From contig JBDTFR010000012.1 in the NCBI GenBank assembly GCA_039937835.1, forward strand, positions 6,143-70,142: a DNA stretch of 64,000 nt, in the 5' to 3' direction. Positions 60,112-64,000 of the stretch are shown here, piece by piece; the first letter of the stretch is position 1; each line of letters begins with the position of its first letter. The stretch comes from Bacteroidia bacterium (GTDB lineage: Bacteria > Bacteroidota > Bacteroidia > 2-12-FULL-35-15). The notes under the pieces were generated by a model. The model was not told the origin of the DNA. It did no database searches and saw nothing but the letters and a program-made list of their open reading frames with translations. A program made the position numbers and the translations under genes.

Positions 60112-61090
60112 TGTAAATGTCTGCTTTATAATTTTTGGCACTACTGGAATTGGTAAACCACTCTATTGTTTCCTTCAAACCTTTGTTCAGATCATAAGCT
60201 GGTTTCCAACTGGTAAGAGCCTTAATTTTTTCTGCCGAACCCAGCAAGCGTTCTACTTCACTTTTTTCAGGACGCAAACGAACATCATCAGAAACAATCG
60301 TTGCTTTTGGATTAATAAGATTGATGATGGCTTGCGCCAATTTACCAATAGAGATTTCTTCGCCAGTAGCAATATTTATTTCATGCCCGTTAGTTTTTGC
60401 AGTATTTGCAATTTCAACAAAACCATTTACCGTATCTTTTACAAATAACAGATCACGAGTAGGATGCAAAGCACCCAACTTTATTTCTGTTTTACCGGCC
60501 AGCAGCTGGGTGATAATTGTTGGAATAACAGCTCTGGCACTTTGTCTAGGACCAAATGTATTAAAAGGCCGCACAATTGTTACCGGTAAATTAAAACTAC
60601 GGTAAAAAGAATCAGCCATCGCATCAGCTCCAATTTTGGAAGCCGAATAAGGCGATTGTGCTTGTTTAGGGTGCTTTTCATCAATTGGTGTATACAATGC
60701 GGTGCCATATACTTCAGAAGTGGATGTTACTAATATTTTTTGCACATTATAATCACGTGCCGCTTGCAATATATTTAACGTGCCTTTTATATTTGTATCC
60801 ACGTAACTATCTGGTGAATGATAACTATACGGAATTGCTATTAATGCAGCTAAGTGATAAATAGTATCTACTCCTTTTACTGCATTTCGAACCCCATTAG
60901 GATCCCTTATATCGCCAGCAAAAATTTCAATTTGACTTAATTTTTCTTTTGGAAAGCTATCTAGCCAGCCCCAGGTATTAAAAGAGTTATAATAAACAAA
61001 GGCTTTCACCTTTTTACCTTCATCTATTAATTTTTCAACCAAATGACTTCCAATAAACCCATCAGCACCAGTTACTAAAACACTTTCCAT
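60104..61090 (-). CDS. legB: NAD-dependent NDP-GlcNAc 4,6-dehydratase LegB
   Basis: TGADGFIGS, YNSFNTWGWLD, LAALIAIPYSY, YSASK, RPEKSEVERL, YKADIYNV. Confidence 0.92.
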   Translation of the reverse strand: MESVLVTGADGFIGSHLVEKLIDEGKKVKAFVYYNSFNTWGWLDSFPKEKLSQIEIFAGDIRDPNGVRNAVKGVDTIYHLAALIAIPYSYHSPDSYVDTNIKGTLNILQAARDYNVQKILVTSTSEVYGTALYTPIDEKHPKQAQSPYSASKIGADAMADSFYRSFNLPVTIVRPFNTFGPRQSARAVIPTIITQLLAGKTEIKLGALHPTRDLLFVKDTVNGFVEIANTAKTNGHEINIATGEEISIGKLAQAIINLINPKATIVSDDVRLRPEKSEVERLLGSAEKIKALTSWKPAYDLNKGLKETIEWFTNSSSAKNYKADIYNV

Positions 61091-61152
61091 AAATTTATAT
61101 TATTAAAATGTAAATCTACTAATTTTTAGGCGCTTTTTATATTCTACGGTAT

Positions 61153-62109
61153 TTAATTACCCTTTGCTATCTGATCATATATGTCAAGCATTTCAGCCTG
61201 CTTTTCTATTGTTTTAAAGGATGCAACATTGCCCATTAGAAAAGAGTTTGTTTGCAACATTAACCCAGGTTTAAATGCTATATCTTCTGACTTATCAAAT
61301 TCTACTTTATTAATTGTTACTTCTCCTTTGAGCTGAATAAATAAGTCTTCTAAAGGCCTAAGAATTAAGCGAGATTTTGCTGTTAATACCTCTACACCCC
61401 ACCTGCCTGGGGCATCCCAATTGGCTTGATAAGAAAAAAGCACATCCCCTTTTGTTTTTCCCGCTCCAGCAAATATCGCTTTATCGTGCCATGATAAATT
61501 TCCACCTGCATAACTCTTCATCTCTTGCGGTATGCCTCCTAAATAAAAAGCCAAATCAATAACATGTGTTGAATTGGCTAATATCCAGTTCTCCTTTATT
61601 CCTGGAGCTTTTTTAAGAGGTTCAATAATATGAGCCCATTCCGTAAATTCAAAATTAAAGGAGGTTACCCCACCATCTGCTTTTATTATTTCTTTTGCTT
61701 TTAGAACAGAAGCATAAAATCTGCGGTTGTAGGCAACCACTATTTTCGCCTGTTTTTGTATTGCTAGCTTTGCAAGTTGTTTAATTTCAGTATTATATAA
61801 GCCAGCAGGCTTTTCAATAAGTATATTTTTAAAATTATTATTAAGCAAATAAACTGTAGAAGGCATTAGTTGTTCCATACCTACGGCCACAATAACAGCA
61901 TCAAAATGTATCGTATTTTCTTTAAGAAAATTTTCGAGACCGCCTACAATAACGTTAATTCCCGTTTTTCCTTCAAAAACAGCAGCTGAATTTTCATTTC
62001 TCCCAACCGTAGTTATATTGCAATTCAAAGCAGTTAAAACCTTGCAATAATCAATTGCCATTTGACCTGCTCCAACTAGTAATACTTTTTTATTTAGGTG
62101 ATCATGCAT
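61153..62109 (-). CDS. Gfo/Idh/MocA oxidoreductase
   Basis: VGAGQMA, LIEKP, AYNRRFY, NSTHVID, FKPG. Confidence 0.88.
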   Translation of the reverse strand: MHDHLNKKVLLVGAGQMAIDYCKVLTALNCNITTVGRNENSAAVFEGKTGINVIVGGLENFLKENTIHFDAVIVAVGMEQLMPSTVYLLNNNFKNILIEKPAGLYNTEIKQLAKLAIQKQAKIVVAYNRRFYASVLKAKEIIKADGGVTSFNFEFTEWAHIIEPLKKAPGIKENWILANSTHVIDLAFYLGGIPQEMKSYAGGNLSWHDKAIFAGAGKTKGDVLFSYQANWDAPGRWGVEVLTAKSRLILRPLEDLFIQLKGEVTINKVEFDKSEDIAFKPGLMLQTNSFLMGNVASFKTIEKQAEMLDIYDQIAKGN

Positions 62110-63065
62110 TCTCTAATAGGATTATTTTTGATTTCTGTTTGTAAAAATGAAATAAGATTATTTAAAAATACCAAATGAAGCTTTGAAGATTCAATAAAAG
62201 GTGTAAGTTCACAAGATCCGCTGACCGCTATTTGAGTTACCGCTACATTTGTTAATTTACTTTGAAAAGGCATTTCAAAGGTAAATTCTTCTAATTGCCA
62301 ATTATTTTTTGCGGTGTACTTCAACACTTTCCCTAAAGACCCTTCAAAAATAACATAGCGTATAGTTGGGGTATCTATAATCAACTGTAAAGGGGAGTTA
62401 GCCGTTGCATAAGAAGTTATATGAAATGAGTGATTAGAAGAATAACCTGTTATGGTTCCTGTAAATTCGATATAGCCTGATCGTTTGCTGTCGATTATTT
62501 TTTTATCAATTAAGTTATTAGATAAAATAATTTCAGTTGAATTGGTTAAATAGGCAAATAAATCTAAAAAATGAATTCCGTTACAACCTAAGCCCCATGA
62601 ACTCCCTATGGCAGAAAACTGAATGGGACCAATAAGCTCATTTCGAATCTCTTGATAAATGGACATCATTCTTCGAGGACAATTTACCCATGCGCTTATT
62701 TTTTTCTTTTCTAATAATGCTGTTACAGCAGCATAATCATCAATGTTTGTAAATAGAAATTTTTCAAATATTATATTTTTCACTGTTGCGAGCGATGTCA
62801 GTTTTTCTACAATTGTTCTTCTTCCATTCGAATTAGTAGCAATAATTGCAACGTCTATAATAGGGTTAATTTCTGACATTGACGTATGGAAAGATATAGT
62901 TCCATTAAAGCTATCAGCAACTTCTTTAAATCGAATCTCGGCTATTTGTAATGACTCTTGTGATAAATCAATAACTTGAATAGTCACGGGTATTTTTAAG
63001 AGCGCTAAGGCTTGTAAATGTCTACTTCCCAGCTGCCCTGCACCGATTAATAAAATATTTATCAT
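62094..63065 (-). CDS. Gfo/Idh/MocA oxidoreductase
   Basis: IGAGQLGSRHLQ, IFEK, WVNCPRR, WGLGCNGIHFLD. Confidence 0.88.
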   Translation of the reverse strand: MINILLIGAGQLGSRHLQALALLKIPVTIQVIDLSQESLQIAEIRFKEVADSFNGTISFHTSMSEINPIIDVAIIATNSNGRRTIVEKLTSLATVKNIIFEKFLFTNIDDYAAVTALLEKKKISAWVNCPRRMMSIYQEIRNELIGPIQFSAIGSSWGLGCNGIHFLDLFAYLTNSTEIILSNNLIDKKIIDSKRSGYIEFTGTITGYSSNHSFHITSYATANSPLQLIIDTPTIRYVIFEGSLGKVLKYTAKNNWQLEEFTFEMPFQSKLTNVAVTQIAVSGSCELTPFIESSKLHLVFLNNLISFLQTEIKNNPIRECMIT

Positions 63066-63742
63066 TTTTTTTGATCAATTATTTTCAATAATTCATTTGC
63101 ATACATTTTATTACCTAATACATTTAAATGAGAATCTATTGGGTGCATATACTTTTCATAATCCTCATTTTGCATAAATAAGTCAAATATATTCAACAGG
63201 GTACAATGTCCGTATTTCTTTATCTCATTGCTTAAAATTTCATTATATTTTATAATAGATTTATTTGCACCTGGTGTTTCTTTTTCTTGAAATTCATTTA
63301 CAGGTGCAATGTTTATCCATATTAATGTAGATTGACTAATACTACATATATTATTTATTGCTTTTCTAAATACTACTTCAGATGTCCAAGGTTTATTGTG
63401 TATATAATTAATAAAAAAAGGGCGATTCTTTCTTATTATTTTACGAAGCCCTTTTGCAATCAGTGATTTTGATAATGTATTTTTCAGACTTAAAATTCGG
63501 GGGTAAGCATCCACGATTCCCAATTGAATAACGTAAACATCTGAATCATTATATTTTTCATATAAGAAAGGCAAATCCGTTACTTTTCGATAACCAGCAG
63601 CATCAACATGAACAATGTATCCTAGTGACAATAACTGTTTTTTCACTAACTCTGGGTAAGTGCTTTGTTTATCGACTTCTTCTATATTATTATGAATTCT
63701 TAAATTACCATAACTATCGGTAATAAACGTAACTTTCATCAT
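63062..63742 (-). CDS. SGNH/GDSL hydrolase family protein
   Basis: TDSYG (block I), QLGIVD, DSHLNVLGN (DxH). Confidence 0.75.
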   Translation of the reverse strand: MMKVTFITDSYGNLRIHNNIEEVDKQSTYPELVKKQLLSLGYIVHVDAAGYRKVTDLPFLYEKYNDSDVYVIQLGIVDAYPRILSLKNTLSKSLIAKGLRKIIRKNRPFFINYIHNKPWTSEVVFRKAINNICSISQSTLIWINIAPVNEFQEKETPGANKSIIKYNEILSNEIKKYGHCTLLNIFDLFMQNEDYEKYMHPIDSHLNVLGNKMYANELLKIIDQKK

Positions 63743-63937
63743 TAAATATTTTTAGTGTAAAAATAATTACGAAATTAAGAATTATAATTTATTAAAAAAC
63801 AGGGGCGTGTTGGTCAATTGCATTATAATTTAAAATGGATTAATATAAATAAAGTAGCCTACACCTATTTTAGTATTTGTTTAAATTATTCAACTTGTCT
63901 TTTTAATTATCTTTGCAAATTAATTATCATACTGTAA

Positions 63938-64000
63938 ATGGGAATAATAGAAAAACAAGCAACTACCAATACAATTTACTCCTATTTGGGTGCTTTTTTA
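63938..64000 (+). CDS. Polysaccharide flippase (Wzx-like), N-terminal fragment running off the window
   Basis: MGIIEKQATTNTIYSYLGAFL resembles Bacteroidota Wzx N-termini; TATCTTTG -7 element at 63908. Confidence 0.65.
   Translation, partial: MGIIEKQATTNTIYSYLGAFL

Noticed and set aside
1043-62979. Many 60-190 aa ORFs overlapping longer genes (e.g. 6945-7259, 9190-9612, 39116-39517, 59873-60448)
   Set aside because: They are antisense or alternate-frame shadows of well-supported genes, with no motifs of their own.

Overview
A low-GC (roughly 30%) Bacteroidota chromosomal segment. Lineage evidence: T9SS C-terminal sorting signals, TAnnTTTG -7 promoters and a lolA-ftsK pair. The organism probably lives in the cold. 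From left to right the window holds: (1) CIA30, a head-GIN lipoprotein and a GC-rich FAD monooxygenase; (2) an ice-binding protein cassette: an OMP beta-barrel, a csbD pseudogene, two intact DUF3494 genes, a decayed PAS histidine kinase/receiver and an AraC gene broken by one amber codon, with four promoters sharing a precisely spaced TGTGA-N4-TGTAAC-N15-TGTAAC-N24/25-TTTG motif; (3) a FixL-like PAS kinase with a REC-CRP regulator, PadR with a GldL-like membrane protein, and DUF2254; (4) a small-gene cluster of HPF/RaiA, a stand-alone metal-binding micro-ORF, a 51-aa basic protein and an eRF1-fold-like protein; (5) housekeeping genes lolA, ftsK, a short speA-like decarboxylase, arginase and argS; (6) a 1309-aa PKD/T9SS type-B adhesin, a 1.7-kb ORF-free gap and an azurin lipoprotein; (7) a stress island with MlaEFD, small membrane proteins, LEA_2, a DUF748 pseudogene, YihY and a CHASE3 kinase/receiver/hybrid kinase trio; (8) tandem T9SS S8 proteases; (9) a surface-glycan locus with a GDP-type legionaminic acid pathway and extra tailoring enzymes, ending in the start of a flippase. 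No rRNA, tRNA, CRISPR array or transposase was recognised. All family calls come from recognising motifs by eye, not from database searches.
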